A stretch of DNA of 64,000 nt from an uncultured Planctomycetaceae bacterium (GCA_963785305.1 CAWAUV010000004.1:320001-384000); one strand, 5' to 3'. Positions 45,467 through 56,815 are shown, counted from the first letter of the stretch. Translations and numbers: made by a program. The notes: generated by a model not told the origin, from the sequence alone.

Positions 45467-47823
45467 ATGCAAGCGACTCATGCTATTTCCGACCGGCGAT
45501 GTTTTTGGGTGATGCTCGCGATCGTCTTGGGAATCGCGGCAAGTCCGACCGCGACGACGCCGACTTTTGCCGCCGACACGACCGCGCCGGCGACGGGCGC
45601 CAAGTCCTTGACCCAAGATGATCTCACGAAAAAGCGCGACGACACCGCCAAGGGAATCGCCCAGCTTACTCAAGACCGCGCGGCGCTAGTCGCCAAGTCG
45701 GCTCCGGCCGAGGCAATCAAACGCATCGACGACGAGCTCGAGCTGCTTGAATCGCTCGATCTGGTGCATGTGCAACATTTGGCGGCGCTCGATGAACATG
45801 CCGAAATCGATCAAGACATTCGCCGATTGGGAGAAGAGCTTGCGTCGCTACACACCCTGGGTCCAGCGGAACCCAAGCCCTATTCCTATCTCACTTGGGA
45901 CGAGATTCGCGATCAATGGGAAACCGCCACGATCCGCAGGCAGTCGATGCAAGCCGACACCGCCGCCGAACAACTTTTGCAAGCGGCTCGCGCGGCCTTC
46001 GAACACGCCGAGCACGAACGCCATATGTTGATCGACGCCGCGGCGGAGCATCGCGCTCAGGCCGAACACGACTTGCATTTGGCCGAACTGCGATCCAAGG
46101 TGGCCGACGCGACCGTCATGCTCCGCCGCGCCGAAGTCTCCCTGCACAACGCCAAGCTCGAGCGGACCAAACGTAACTGCGAGTACTTGGCCGAGAAAAA
46201 AGACATCCTCGGCAAGCAGTGTACTTTCAGCAAACACGATTTCGAGTCCCGACTGGCCCTGATCGCCAAAGCCGAGGAGGCTCTGCGGTCGCAGCTTCGC
46301 GAGACCGAACGGCTCTTGCAACAGCACGAACGGGAGCAAAAAACCGCCACCGAGCTCCTGAAGAAGGCCGGCGCCTCGCAAGATGTGATCGACGCCGCGA
46401 TCGACTCGGCCCAGATCGTGCGTCGCGGTCGCCACGAAGAGATTACCCTGCTCAACCAGCGGCTCGGTGAATTTCCGCACTATAAACATGTGCTCACCTG
46501 CCGCCATGACTTCGTAAACCACACCATGCCCGCTGGCGAGCTCGCCCAGTGTCGCACGGAAATGGAGGAGATTCTCACGCGACAGCAGGCGCTCGAAGCC
46601 ACCTGCGCCCGCCGGGTCGACGAATATCAAACGCGACAATCCTCGTTGGTCCGACGGCTGCACGAGCTGGATGCCACCTCGCCGCTCCGTCCCTGGTTGA
46701 CGATGCAGCAACGCGAGCTCAACTCGCTGATCGAACTGTTCGAAGCGAGCCTCGTGCAACTGCGAACCGCCGAGCGAAGCTTGCGCCGCTTTCTCGCGGA
46801 TATTTCGCCCAGCGTCACGGAATCGACCGGCGAGCGCCTCAAAGCCGGGTGGCAAATCCTCCTCGCGGTGTGGAACTATGAACTCGAGACCGTCGACGAT
46901 CGACCGATCACCATCGGCAAAATCGTGGGCGGATTGCTGTATTTCATCGTCGGCCTATTCCTGCGCGGGTCATCAGCCGAGTGCTCGGGCGCCGAGTGCT
47001 CACGCGGTTCGGGCTCAACGAGGGCGCCCGCAATGCGATTCAGTCGATCGCCTACTATGTGCTCTGCCTGCTTTGCAGCTTGGTGGCGCTCGATTTGGTG
47101 AATTTGCCTTTTGCCGCGTTTACGTTCTTGGGAGGAGCGGTCGCCATCGGCATCGGCTTCGGCAGCCAAAACATTCTCAACAACTTCATCAGCGGCCTGA
47201 TCCTCTTGGCCGAGCAGCCGCTGCGGGTGGGTGATTGCGTGAGCATCGACGGCGCCGAAGGCACGGTCGAACATATCGGAGCCCGCAGCACCCGAGTGCG
47301 CACCATGTCGAACCACGAAATCATGGTTCCCAACAGTAAGCTCCTCGAGGACAAAGTCACGAATCTCACGCTGACGAACGATCTGGTGCAGACCGCGATC
47401 GGCGTAACCGTGAGCGCCAATCTGGGCGTGCGCGAGGTGCGACGGCGGTTATTGGCCGCGGCCACGGGACATGCGGGCGTGTTGGCTGAGCCGAGGCCGA
47501 TCGTGCTCTTTCTCGCGTTTGGCAAAGACGAGATGTCGTTTGAACTCCGCTTTTGGGTGCGACTCAAGAATCTGGAGGAATGCCGGCTCACGGAGAGCGA
47601 TGTGCGCGAGGCGATTAGCGACTTCTTGAGTGAAGCCAATCCGACAACGACCGCCGTGAGCGGCGCCCTGAAGCCGGCGCCGATCGCGCCGCCGCAAACC
47701 GCGGCGATCGCCTCGCCGGCCAAGAGCAGCTCGGCGGTCATCCCCAGCTTGCCGGCCGCCAGCGCGACAAAAGGCCGCCCCTCGACCAACCAGCCGGCCG
47801 GTCCCTATCGACAGGCGGGGTGA
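45467..47823 (+). CDS. MscS/MscK-like mechanosensitive channel with long periplasmic coiled coil (frameshift near 46965)
   Basis: 'GGAVAIGIGFGSQNILNNFISGLILLAEQPLRVGD', 'IGARST', 'VPNS'. Confidence 0.88.
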
Positions 47824-47888
47824 GCGGTAGCGAAGATATAACCACGAAAAGTCACGGAAAAAGCACGAAAGCTCCAAGCAGCTGCGCC

Positions 47889-50800
47889 TCAGGTATCGCG
47901 GGGCCACGCGACCGGCAAGGGGGCCCAGGTGATGTCGATGCGGGTTTGCAGCCGCGCGGCCATTTCCGCGTAGCCTCGGCGAAATTCCATGAGCGATCCC
48001 GCGACATCGCGCAAGCACATGTTTTCTCGCTCGCAGAAGATCGTGAGCCGAGGGTCGTCGTTGGCGACGATCATCGCCGGCTCTTGCAGATCGCGCGAAA
48101 AGAATTTCTCGAGATCCGGCCGATCCGCATGGTCGGGCGCAAGACAAACAACCGTTCCGCGGCGCCATCGACTTCCAACTTCGGCGCCGCCGCGGCCAGC
48201 AATTCCCGAATCGGCTCCGCGCACGGCGCGCGACTTGCCACACATATTGAGCAGCATCCGGCTCACATCGATCTGATCCAACGCGGCCCGTGTTTCACTC
48301 CACGCCGCGATCCGCAAGCGTCCGACCAACCCGGTGAGAGAGGCCGCCAAAGACTCGTCGCTCGGATACTCCTGGCGGCATTCGCGAAAATAGGCGGCCG
48401 GAAGCTCCGCGGCCAAGTCGGTCGCCATTTGAGCGATCCGCTCTTGGAGAAAAGCGCACACCGTCGCTCGAATTCCCGCCAAGGGAAGCGGACCCACGGT
48501 GGCGGCGCGGTGCTCGACATCGGGCCGGGCTGTCGCCGCCAGACGCCGCCGCACGCCCATGATCTCGGCGCGTAGTCTTGCAATCGCCTCGCGAGCCGCC
48601 GGAATCAGACTTCCGCGCTCGGCCCCGTCGGGAAGAAAGACGCAGCGTTCGAAATACTCGCGCAAATTCTGTTTGAGTTGCTCGTTGGCCGCGGCGCCGA
48701 GCCCCTGATCGACCAATTTGCGCACGACCGCGGCCGGGCGCTGTTCGCCCAACTGCAAGGTGTATCGCGGCGCGGCCGCGACCTCGGTCGGCTCGACGCC
48801 CAGCCAGCGATCGGCCGTGGCGCGGCATAGCTCATCGACAAAAGCCGCCGCCGCGTCGTATTCCAAATTGTCGACCGCATAGAGTCCCAACGTGCGCACC
48901 GTGAGCTCGCCATAGCTGCGGCCCGAGGCTCGCAGCACATCGAGCGCAACGCCGGCTCGAGTGGCGGTGGCCCCGAACAAATGGTCGGCCATGCGTTCCA
49001 ATTGATCGTTGAGCTCCGTCTGTTGGAGATCATCGCCCAAGTGAACGAGAAATGTCTCATCGAACGTGGGCACGATCGAAGGAAAGGCGGGCAATTCGAG
49101 CGCCGGCTCGCCGGGATAGCCGCAGCCCGGTCGATTGAAATGCGCCAACTCCGTGAGCAGGGCAAACGCATTGGCGCGAGCCAAATCCTGCGCGGCGGCG
49201 TCGCTGTCCGTGGCGTGGAGCAAGAGCCCGCGGAGAAGGAACTCGCCGATGCCCAATTCCCCGGCGAGCTTGCGGAGCGCATACGCGACATCGAGCGCCA
49301 TGCCGCTGCCGGTGCCGCCTCCGATCGCCGCGACCAACACGATTTGCGGAGCGCCGGAAAAATTTATGCCGACCGCGGCCGACGATTGCTTCAGCGAGGC
49401 CGGCGAAAGCATTTCCGTGATCGCGAGCCGCAGCCGTTCCATGACTCTCGGGCCATGGTCGGTCAGCGCCAAGCGACCGAGCGGGCGCCAGCCGCAGGTG
49501 CGCGGGACGCGAGGAATGTTGTATAGCCAACGGCGGCTGAGCCATTCGAGAATTCGCGGCGAGGCCTCGCGATATTCCTGCGTGGTTCTGAGCCTCAGTC
49601 GCAAATGTTTCGCGCGCGCGTCGCCATCGTCGACCGCCAAGGCCGCCGGCGCCGAGCGATTGTCGTCCGCGGATTCGGCCGCGAGCGACGCGTCGAGATT
49701 GTCATTTGCCGCGCCGCCTTGAATTTCGGCCTGTTCCGCGTGATCAAGGGTGTCGATCGTGAGGATTTGCCAAGCGGCGATGGCGTCGCTACTCGGGAAC
49801 CGGTCGCTTAGCCGCCGTTCGAATCGCTGGAGCACTTGGCGGGCGATACCTCCAATGCCCACGAACAGTGTCGGACGAGGTTCCCAGGTGACCTCCGGCA
49901 GTTCGACCGGCGGCAGTCGGCCGATCGATGCCGTGGCCCGAGGGCCGCTGGGCGAGACGCGTGAATCCGATTCGGCGGTGAAGACCACGGTCGATGCCTC
50001 GCCGATCGGCGCCAGCTTCGGGCGAGCTTCGGCCCCGGAGGTTGCAACGACGGTGGCCGGGTCCGCGGCGGGCGAGGAAGGGGCATCGCCTTTACCGGCG
50101 TTCGTGGGCCGCGCTTCGAAACGACGTTCGGCTCCAGTCGCGTGGCTTTCACGCGGCGACGTCTTGCCAACCGGCGCGGTGGCCGGTTTGTTCGCGCACG
50201 ATGGCACAATCCCGCCGACAAGCGCATCGATTAGGGCCCGGCAACTGGGGAAGCGTTCTTCGGGCTTGCGCGACAAGGCGCGTTGAATCGCGGGCCGATC
50301 TCCGGCCGAAAGTCCATCGAGGCGCGGAGCCGTGCCGAGCAGGTGAATCACGGCCACGTCGGCCGGCGACTCGGCGTCGAACGGCGGCTCGCCCGTGAGC
50401 AGTTCCGCATAGACCACCGCCAAACTGAACTGATCGCTGTAACGCGAGGGGCGGCCCTTGAAGACCTCGGGCGCGGCGTAGCGAGGGGTCATGCCATCGA
50501 CCACCGCGGCGGCGTCGTCGGTGAGATTTCGCACCAGGCCGAAGTCTCCCAGCTTCAGGCGCCCGCCGACAAGCAGCAGATTCTCGGCCTTGACGTCGAG
50601 ATGTTGGAGCGACTCGGCGTGATTGATGTAATCGAGCGCATCGGCCACGTCGCGCAGGTGATCGAGCAGCGCCTGACGCGGAAAGCCGACTTCGCCGGCG
50701 TCGCGGTACTCGAGGAACCGATCCTTCAGCGAGCCATCGGCCAATTCGCTGACGATGATCAATCTGCCGTTCGATATCTCGAATCGTTCGATCGAGATCA

Positions 50801-51014
50801 AGAACGGATGGCGAATCTGCTTGATGCGCTCGAGCGCTTTCAATTCGCGCACGGCGCGCGACTCGGTGTGGAAGCCATGCACGAACTTAATGGCCTTGGG
50901 CATGCCGCCGGGGGCTTCGGCCCGCCACACATCGCCATACGCGCCGCCGCCGATGCGCTCGATGAGCGTGTAGCCCGGTATCGGTTCGGCGCCGGTTTCA
51001 GATACGATGGACAT
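47889..51014 (-). CDS. Ser/Thr protein kinase fused to tubulin/FtsZ-like GTPase domain
   Basis: Kinase: 'IGGGAYGDVW', 'AIK', 'HLDVKAEN', 'DFG', 'APE', 'SDQFSL'. Tubulin-like: 'LFVGIGG', 'TID', 'RPLGRLAL', 'GGGTGSG'. Probable compensating indels near 48230 and 48150. Confidence 0.9.
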   Translation of the reverse strand: MSIVSETGAEPIPGYTLIERIGGGAYGDVWRAEAPGGMPKAIKFVHGFHTESRAVRELKALERIKQIRHPFLISIERFEISNGRLIIVSELADGSLKDRFLEYRDAGEVGFPRQALLDHLRDVADALDYINHAESLQHLDVKAENLLLVGGRLKLGDFGLVRNLTDDAAAVVDGMTPRYAAPEVFKGRPSRYSDQFSLAVVYAELLTGEPPFDAESPADVAVIHLLGTAPRLDGLSAGDRPAIQRALSRKPEERFPSCRALIDALVGGIVPSCANKPATAPVGKTSPRESHATGAERRFEARPTNAGKGDAPSSPAADPATVVATSGAEARPKLAPIGEASTVVFTAESDSRVSPSGPRATASIGRLPPVELPEVTWEPRPTLFVGIGGIARQVLQRFERRLSDRFPSSDAIAAWQILTIDTLDHAEQAEIQGGAANDNLDASLAAESADDNRSAPAALAVDDGDARAKHLRLRLRTTQEYREASPRILEWLSRRWLYNIPRVPRTCGWRPLGRLALTDHGPRVMERLRLAITEMLSPASLKQSSAAVGINFSGAPQIVLVAAIGGGTGSGMALDVAYALRKLAGELGIGEFLLRGLLLHATDSDAAAQDLARANAFALLTELAHFNRPGCGYPGEPALELPAFPSIVPTFDETFLVHLGDDLQQTELNDQLERMADHLFGATATRAGVALDVLRASGRSYGELTVRTLGLYAVDNLEYDAAAAFVDELCRATADRWLGVEPTEVAAAPRYTLQLGEQRPAAVVRKLVDQGLGAAANEQLKQNLREYFERCVFLPDGAERGSLIPAAREAIARLRAEIMGVRRRLAATARPDVEHRAATVGPLPLAGIRATVCAFLQERIAQMATDLAAELPAAYFRECRQEYPSDESLAASLTGLVGRLRIAAWSETRAALDQIDVSRMLLNMCGKSRAVRGADSGIAGRGGAEVGSRWRRGTVVCLAPDHADRPDLEKFFSRDLQEPAMIVANDDPRLTIFCERENMCLRDVAGSLMEFRRGYAEMAARLQTRIDITWAPLPVAWPRDT

Positions 51015-51108
51015 CTCGAATTCGCCTTCGCGTCGCGTGGGTCTCGGTGCGGTTATCGACGGCCGAAGCCGCGGAGCCGGCGCCGGGGCCGGCGGAATCC
51101 CCTGTCTC

Positions 51109-52455
51109 TCACAATCGGCCGCGGCTGGCGCCCTGAATCGCGGTGAAATAACTGCGAATCGCCAGATCGAAATACTCGTTGGTCATTTCGAGCGGAGCTT
51201 CGCGATAAGCGCAGTAATTGCGCAACTGATTCAATAGATCACGCGGATGGCAGCGGCGGAGCGGGCGACCGGTCGCGCGATAATGCGTCGCCAGCAAGTG
51301 CTCGACGGCCGCTTCGCGATACTCGACATTCGATCCGCGCCGCGTAGCCTTTCATAATTCGGCGAAATTCCTCCTCGTCGGGATCCTCGACGAGAATCTT
51401 GTACGGAATTCGCCGCAAAAAGGCTTCGTCGGCCAGTTGCGAGGGCTCCAAATTCGTCGAGAAGATTATCAACTGCTCGAATGGCGCCTTGATCTTCTTG
51501 CCGTTGGCGAGCGTCAGAAAGTCGTGCCGGTTCTCGAGCGGAATAATCCAGCGATTCAACAGCTCGTCGGGCTCGATGCGCTGTCGCCCGAAGTCGTCGA
51601 TCAGCAAGCAGCCGCAGTTGCTCTTGAGCTGGAGCGGAGCTTCGCTCACATGGGCATGTGAATCATGGCGAAGTTCGAGGCAATCCATCGTCATTTCGCC
51701 GCCCACCATGACGGTCGGCCTTCGAATGCGAATCCAGCGGCGATCGTGCTCGATCGAATCGCCCATCGCGCTTTGGGCATCGACCGCGTGGTGGTAAGTC
51801 GGATCGTGGAGCCGAATAATCTGACCGTCTTCGATGATCGAATGTGGAATCCAGATGTTCTGCCCGAAGCAGGCGGTCATGCACTGGGCCATGGTCGATT
51901 TGCCGTTGCCCGGGCGCCATGCAAAAAGAGCCCGGCCCCGCTGTTGATCGCCGGCCCGAGCGCGTCGATCAAGGCGGCCGACGCCGAAATCGTCGAGAAG
52001 GCGCGTTCGAGATCGCCGCGCCGCGGAGATTCTCCGCGAATCGACTGGGCGTCGCAGCTAATTACATAGTCGGCCAACGGCACCGGCGCGGGACCGACAT
52101 AGGCGCAGGCCTGTTGAATCGAATGAGTGACGGCGCGTCCCTGGTCGGTGAGCCGGTATACATAGTCGCCCAGCGGAGTGCTGCCCGCATGCACCAGCAC
52201 TTGGCGCGTGCGCAGCGTGTCGAACAGCGGTTGCAGGATTCGCAGCGAAAGCCCCAACTGCCGAGCGACCTGACTGCCGCTCGCGGCGCCGCTGACCGCC
52301 ACTTGCTTGCAAATCGAGCCTTCGAGGTAGGTCGCCGAAAGTCCTGTTTCGGCGATGCTCGTCGGCGCTTGCGGCACGAACGTGTCGCTGGCCAAGATCG
52401 CCGCCAAAACGCCATTGCTCTGGGGCGCCCATTTGCTTGGAACGCTGGTCGTCAT
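51109..52455 (-). CDS. AAA+ ATPase with N-terminal winged-helix-like region (frameshifts near 51915 and 51320)
   Basis: Walker A restored as GAPGNGKST; 'GGEMT', 'APLQLKSN', Walker B 'LLIDDFGRQ', 'FSTNL', 'DEAFLRRIPYK', 'CHPRDL'. Confidence 0.85.
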
Positions 52456-53579
52456 GAGCTCTCCCCCAAGGTCGTCGCGGCCGGCGCTGCGCGACGCGGA
52501 ATCATAGTGCTCCGCCGCCTGGGGACGCCCGAAATGAAACCCTTGCGCGAAGTCGAACCCCAGCTCGCGACATACCGCCGCCTCGCTGGCGGTCTCCACG
52601 CCCTCGGCGAGCGACGCGATGCCGAGCGAACGCACCATGTTGACCAGCGACTGGAGCAAATGCCGTCGACTGTCGGGCGCGGTGTCGATATTGCGAATAA
52701 AGCCCATGTCGAACTTGATGAAGTCGGGCGGAATTTCGATCAGTTCCAGCAACCGCGATTGCCCGGCGCCGAAGTCGTCGTATGCCAAGCCCACATTCAA
52801 GTCTCGCAGCTTCCCGCGAAGCGCACCGATCTCGGCCGGGCTGGTGACCGCGGCTTCGTGAATTTCGAGCGTGAGCGGAACATCGGGATGCAAATCGCGT
52901 AAACGGGTCATCGACTCGAGCAACTGCGGGGTGCCGAGCTCGCTGGGATGGGTGTTGACAAACAGGTTGGGTAGACCCGCGAGGCGAGATCCGAGGCTCA
53001 AACCCACCGAGCGAAACAGCTCGCTCACATCGGGCTCAAGGTCGAACATGGCCGCGACTTCGAAAATCTTGGTTGGCATTTCCAGGCCGAATAGCCGACT
53101 GCGGCCGAGAATTTCATAGCCAAACAGGCAGTCGTCGCACATCGAAACAATCGGCTGGAAATGCGGATCGACCTGCCGCTCGATCAGGAGCCGATCAAGC
53201 TGCAAGAGCAACATGGCCCGGTCGCAATGGGTCGTGGCCACGGTGGCGGTCACCGTGCCGTGGCCATCGAATTGGAGGCGAAAGACTTCGGAGGCAAACT
53301 GAATCATGTCGCCATCGGCAAGGCGCAGTATCGCGCTCGACTGCGCTTGCCGTTGACATAGGTGCCGTTGGTGCTGCCCAGATCGCGAAGCCGCAGGCTG
53401 CCATTGAGCTCGAACAGTTCGGCGTGCTGCTTCGAGACATGCGCGACCGGCAGACAGAGCGACGCGCCCTGCTTGCGACCGATCTCGAAGGGCAGCGAGG
53501 TGATTGGAATCCGTTGCAAGGCGCCGCCCGCGCTGGCTTTGCCCACGAGCACCCAGTTCGCGGGTGCGTGTTTTTTCAT
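52452..53579 (-). CDS. FHA domain plus EAL c-di-GMP phosphodiesterase domain protein (frameshift near 53340; 3' end ambiguous)
   Basis: FHA 'IGR...VSKQHA...DLGSTNGTYVNG'. EAL 'FQPIV', 'YEILGR', 'FVN', 'LEIHE', 'DDFGAG', 'IKFD', 'AEGVET', 'QGF'. Confidence 0.88.
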
Positions 53580-54081
53580 CGCTCGAACGAGTTAGCACTG
53601 GCATGGTGTCGAACACCCAAAGGTTTCTTGGAACCGCTGTAAAACCGCGAGCCAGCTTGCGCGAGGCGCGGCCAGGGGCAGTCCGGCCTCCAAGGGAACA
53701 TAGCTTGAGCCCGCTGCCCGCGGTTTCACCGATCGCGGGAAAGAATCGCAAAATAATCGCCTCGCGGCCGGCGAAACCGCGGATGGTATCCATTTCGCGG
53801 AATGCTCGGGTTGTAGCGGCTGCAATGTGGATGTCGAACGTCGCGATGCCGCGGCGGGGCGTTCTCCAGGGGATGTCGCGCGAACGCTGCTCGCGGTGAC
53901 CGGGCCACCAACGAAAATCGCGGGCGAATTTCTTGCATTTGCGACATGGGCCGCGCACACTGAAGACCCACTCGGCAAACGTCGGGCGCCGCCATCCGAG
54001 CGCCCGGATTGAGATTTTGCCGGAATTCCCCGCTCGGATCGCTTCCCGCCGCGCACCTTGTTTTTGCAAAGGAACTCCTCG

Positions 54082-55416
54082 ATGCATCGCCCGACCACCA
54101 CCCGACGTGACTTCTTGAAACACTCGGCCGCCGGCGCCGCCCTGGGCGCGATTTCGGCGCCATGGACACGATCGCTGCTCGCCGTCGGCGACGCCAATAG
54201 CCGCCTCGGCATCGGCTGCATCGGCCTGGGCGGCATGGGCACGGGCGACGCCAAGCAGCACGCCCAGTTCGGCGAGATTCTCGCCGTGTGCGATGTCGAC
54301 GCAAAGCATGCCGATCGGGCCAAGAACGACAAGCAGATCGGCAAGGGCAAGGCCGACGCCTACAAGGACTATCGCCAAGTGCTCGATCGCAAGGATATCG
54401 ACGTGGTCAGCGTCGTCACGGTCGACCACTGGCATGTGAAGATCGCCATTGAAGCGCTCCAGGCCGGTAAACATGTGTTTTGCCAAAAGCCCCTCACGCT
54501 CACGCTCGAGGAAAACCAGCGAATTCGCGCGGCGTGCGAAAAATATCCCAAGCTCGCGTTCATCGTCGGCACCCAACAGCGCGGCACGAAAGACCTGTTC
54601 CTCCGGGCCGTCAACATGGTGCAAAAAGGACTCTTGGGCGATATCCAGCGCGTGACCTGCGGCGTCGGCGGCGGCAGCGTCGGTGGGCCTTTTGCCAAGA
54701 TATCGTCGCCGGCCGAACTCGACTGGGACATGTGGCAAGGTCAAACGCCCGCGGTCGACTATATCGCCAACCGCTGCCACGACAATTTCCGCTGGTGGTA
54801 TGAATATTCGGGCGGCAAGTTCACCGACTGGGGCGCGCATCACGTGGACATCGCCAACTGGGCGCTCCAGCGCGACAAACGCGGCGATGGCCCCACGGAA
54901 ATCAACGGGGCCGACGCCAAGCATCCGGTCCCTTTCAAGGACGGCTACCCCACGGTCGACGATTGCTACAACACCTCGAACGACTACGCGGTGGTTTGCA
55001 AATACTCCGATGGTCTGGAATTGGTCGTCACCAGCCGCGGCGACAACGGCATTCTCTTCGAGGGCAGCAAGGGCCGGCTGTTCGTCAACCGCGGCAAGAT
55101 CACGGGCGAGGCGATCACCCAGAAGTGGGACGAAGGCAAGTTCGACGAAGCCGATCTGACGCGGCTCTATAAGGGCAAGCCGTTCGAGGGCCACAAGGCC
55201 AACTTCTATCGCTGCGTGCGCGAAGGCGGACTGCCGGTGTCCGATGTGTTTAGCCATGTGATCACGATGAACACGTGCCATCTGGCCGCCATCGCCGCCC
55301 GCTTGGGCCGCACGATCCATTGGGACCCGACGGCAGAGAAGATCGTCGGCGACGAGCAAGCCGCGTCGTTCTTCGCGCGCAAGCAGCGAGCGGGCTTCGA
55401 GATTCCAAGCGTGTGA
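54082..55416 (+). CDS. Tat-exported Gfo/Idh/MocA oxidoreductase
   Basis: 'TRRDFLK' Tat motif, 'IGLGGMG', 'DHWH', 'CQKP', 'DWGAHHVD'. Confidence 0.93.
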   Translation: MHRPTTTRRDFLKHSAAGAALGAISAPWTRSLLAVGDANSRLGIGCIGLGGMGTGDAKQHAQFGEILAVCDVDAKHADRAKNDKQIGKGKADAYKDYRQVLDRKDIDVVSVVTVDHWHVKIAIEALQAGKHVFCQKPLTLTLEENQRIRAACEKYPKLAFIVGTQQRGTKDLFLRAVNMVQKGLLGDIQRVTCGVGGGSVGGPFAKISSPAELDWDMWQGQTPAVDYIANRCHDNFRWWYEYSGGKFTDWGAHHVDIANWALQRDKRGDGPTEINGADAKHPVPFKDGYPTVDDCYNTSNDYAVVCKYSDGLELVVTSRGDNGILFEGSKGRLFVNRGKITGEAITQKWDEGKFDEADLTRLYKGKPFEGHKANFYRCVREGGLPVSDVFSHVITMNTCHLAAIAARLGRTIHWDPTAEKIVGDEQAASFFARKQRAGFEIPSV

Positions 55417-55439
55417 CGGCTCCGAACCCTAGTCCCCAA

Positions 55440-55517
55440 GAGCCTATCCGAGAACTGCGGCGAGCCTTTCGCCCGCCTCTCACCTTAATGGGGAGAGGGG
55501 AGTTGTCGGATAGGCTC
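55440..55517 (+). repeat. ~78-bp MITE/REP-like element, copy 2
   Basis: GAGCCTATCCGAGAACT...AGTTGTCGGATAGGCTC with inner CCTCTC...GAGAGG hairpin; aligns end-to-end with 19407-19483. Confidence 0.8.
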
Positions 55518-55934
55518 TGAATCGCATTTCCGATCAAGCGCCACCGCCGACTTCGCCGGCCGTGGCGCTTTTTCGCGCGAGAATCTCCGACTCCCGCTTG
55601 CGGCCGGCGAGCGCACATTCGTTCGAGGTTCGAGGCAAGGATGCTTGCGAATTCGACATCCGCCAAACTCGGTTTTATTTCCATTTTGAAATCAACGCCT
55701 ACCTTCTTGGCGTCAAGCAGCGCTGCGTGCTGGGGGAGCGGCGTTAGAAACGCATTAATTTCCAGAGCCAAAAGTCGTGAAAAACGCCGGAAACGACGCG
55801 GTTTCGCGAAGCGCGCGCGTTGCCCTGGGCTCGGGTCGTGGCTACTATCCGAAAGCTCAACGTGTCTTTTCCAATCCACACATTTGTGTGTTTTGGATTA
55901 GAGAGTGTTTCGATACTTTCGGAGGCCATATTAT

Positions 55935-56717
55935 ATGTTTCATTTCCGTTGTTTTTATTTACTACCCCTGCTCGCGGGTCTCGCGCTCGCCCCCAGCGCG
56001 CGGGCGTCGATGATCGCGTCGGACAGTGCGTCGAACTATACATCCAGCACTTTCCCCTCGAGCAACCTCGGCGATGGATTCGGCCCCTGGACCGACAGCC
56101 TCTCTCCCAGCGGCACGGCCGCGCTGACCAGCGGCGACTTCTCGATCGGCGATTCTGGAACGAGCACCGCGTCGAACATCACGCGTTCTTTAACCGGCGG
56201 AGCCCTATCGCCCGGTCAGTCCTTCGAAGTGACGACCTGGGCCGGCGGCGCCAATCGCGGCGCGACGCAAGGCTTCAGCCTCGAAGACTCCTCGGGCGCC
56301 GTGCTTTTCAATTTGTATGTCCCCGGCGGAACTCACCAAACCTATTACACCGACGCCAGCTCGACTGGAGCCGCGTTTGTCGGAGTGCCCTTTAATTTCG
56401 GAACGGCGAACTACTTTACGTTTACATTGCTGGACGCGAACGGTGATTATCAGTTGAATGTCCTGGGGCCAACCGGCTCCGGAAAATACGCGGTGGGGGG
56501 CGGCGCCGGCTCCGCGACCCTCGACGGCCGGATCAATAACGCCAGCGGCATTTCACAAGTGATGTTTTTCTACGACGCCGCCCCGACCGCGAACACGAGC
56601 GGCGCCGACTATCGGTTCGACAACCTCGCGGTCGTGCCCGAACCGGCCACGGGCCTGCTGCTCGCGATCGGAGCCGGCATTGGGGCCCTCCGTCGCGCAT
56701 GGCGCCGGATGAATTGA
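55935..56717 (+). CDS. PEP-CTERM sorting-signal protein
   Basis: Signal peptide (ARA|S), Ser/Gly/Thr-rich body, C-terminal 'VPEPATGLLLAIGAGIGALRRAWRR'. Confidence 0.9.
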   Translation: MFHFRCFYLLPLLAGLALAPSARASMIASDSASNYTSSTFPSSNLGDGFGPWTDSLSPSGTAALTSGDFSIGDSGTSTASNITRSLTGGALSPGQSFEVTTWAGGANRGATQGFSLEDSSGAVLFNLYVPGGTHQTYYTDASSTGAAFVGVPFNFGTANYFTFTLLDANGDYQLNVLGPTGSGKYAVGGGAGSATLDGRINNASGISQVMFFYDAAPTANTSGADYRFDNLAVVPEPATGLLLAIGAGIGALRRAWRRMN

Positions 56718-56815
56718 AAGCGACGCGCCCTGATGTTTTTACGATCTGCCCAGCCGATCGGCGTCGCAAGTCCCCGTGGGCGACGCTCTCGCCGAACTTC
56801 GCGGCGGGCAGCGTG

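Noticed and set aside
51877..55359. 1160-aa ORF in the track
   Set aside because: Chimeric: antisense shadow of the Gfo/Idh/MocA gene plus intergenic DNA, running into the real EAL and ATPase frames.
55520..55930. Riboswitch or sigma54 promoter upstream of the PEP-CTERM gene
   Set aside because: AT-richer region, but I found no correctly spaced GG-N10-GC and no recognisable aptamer consensus.
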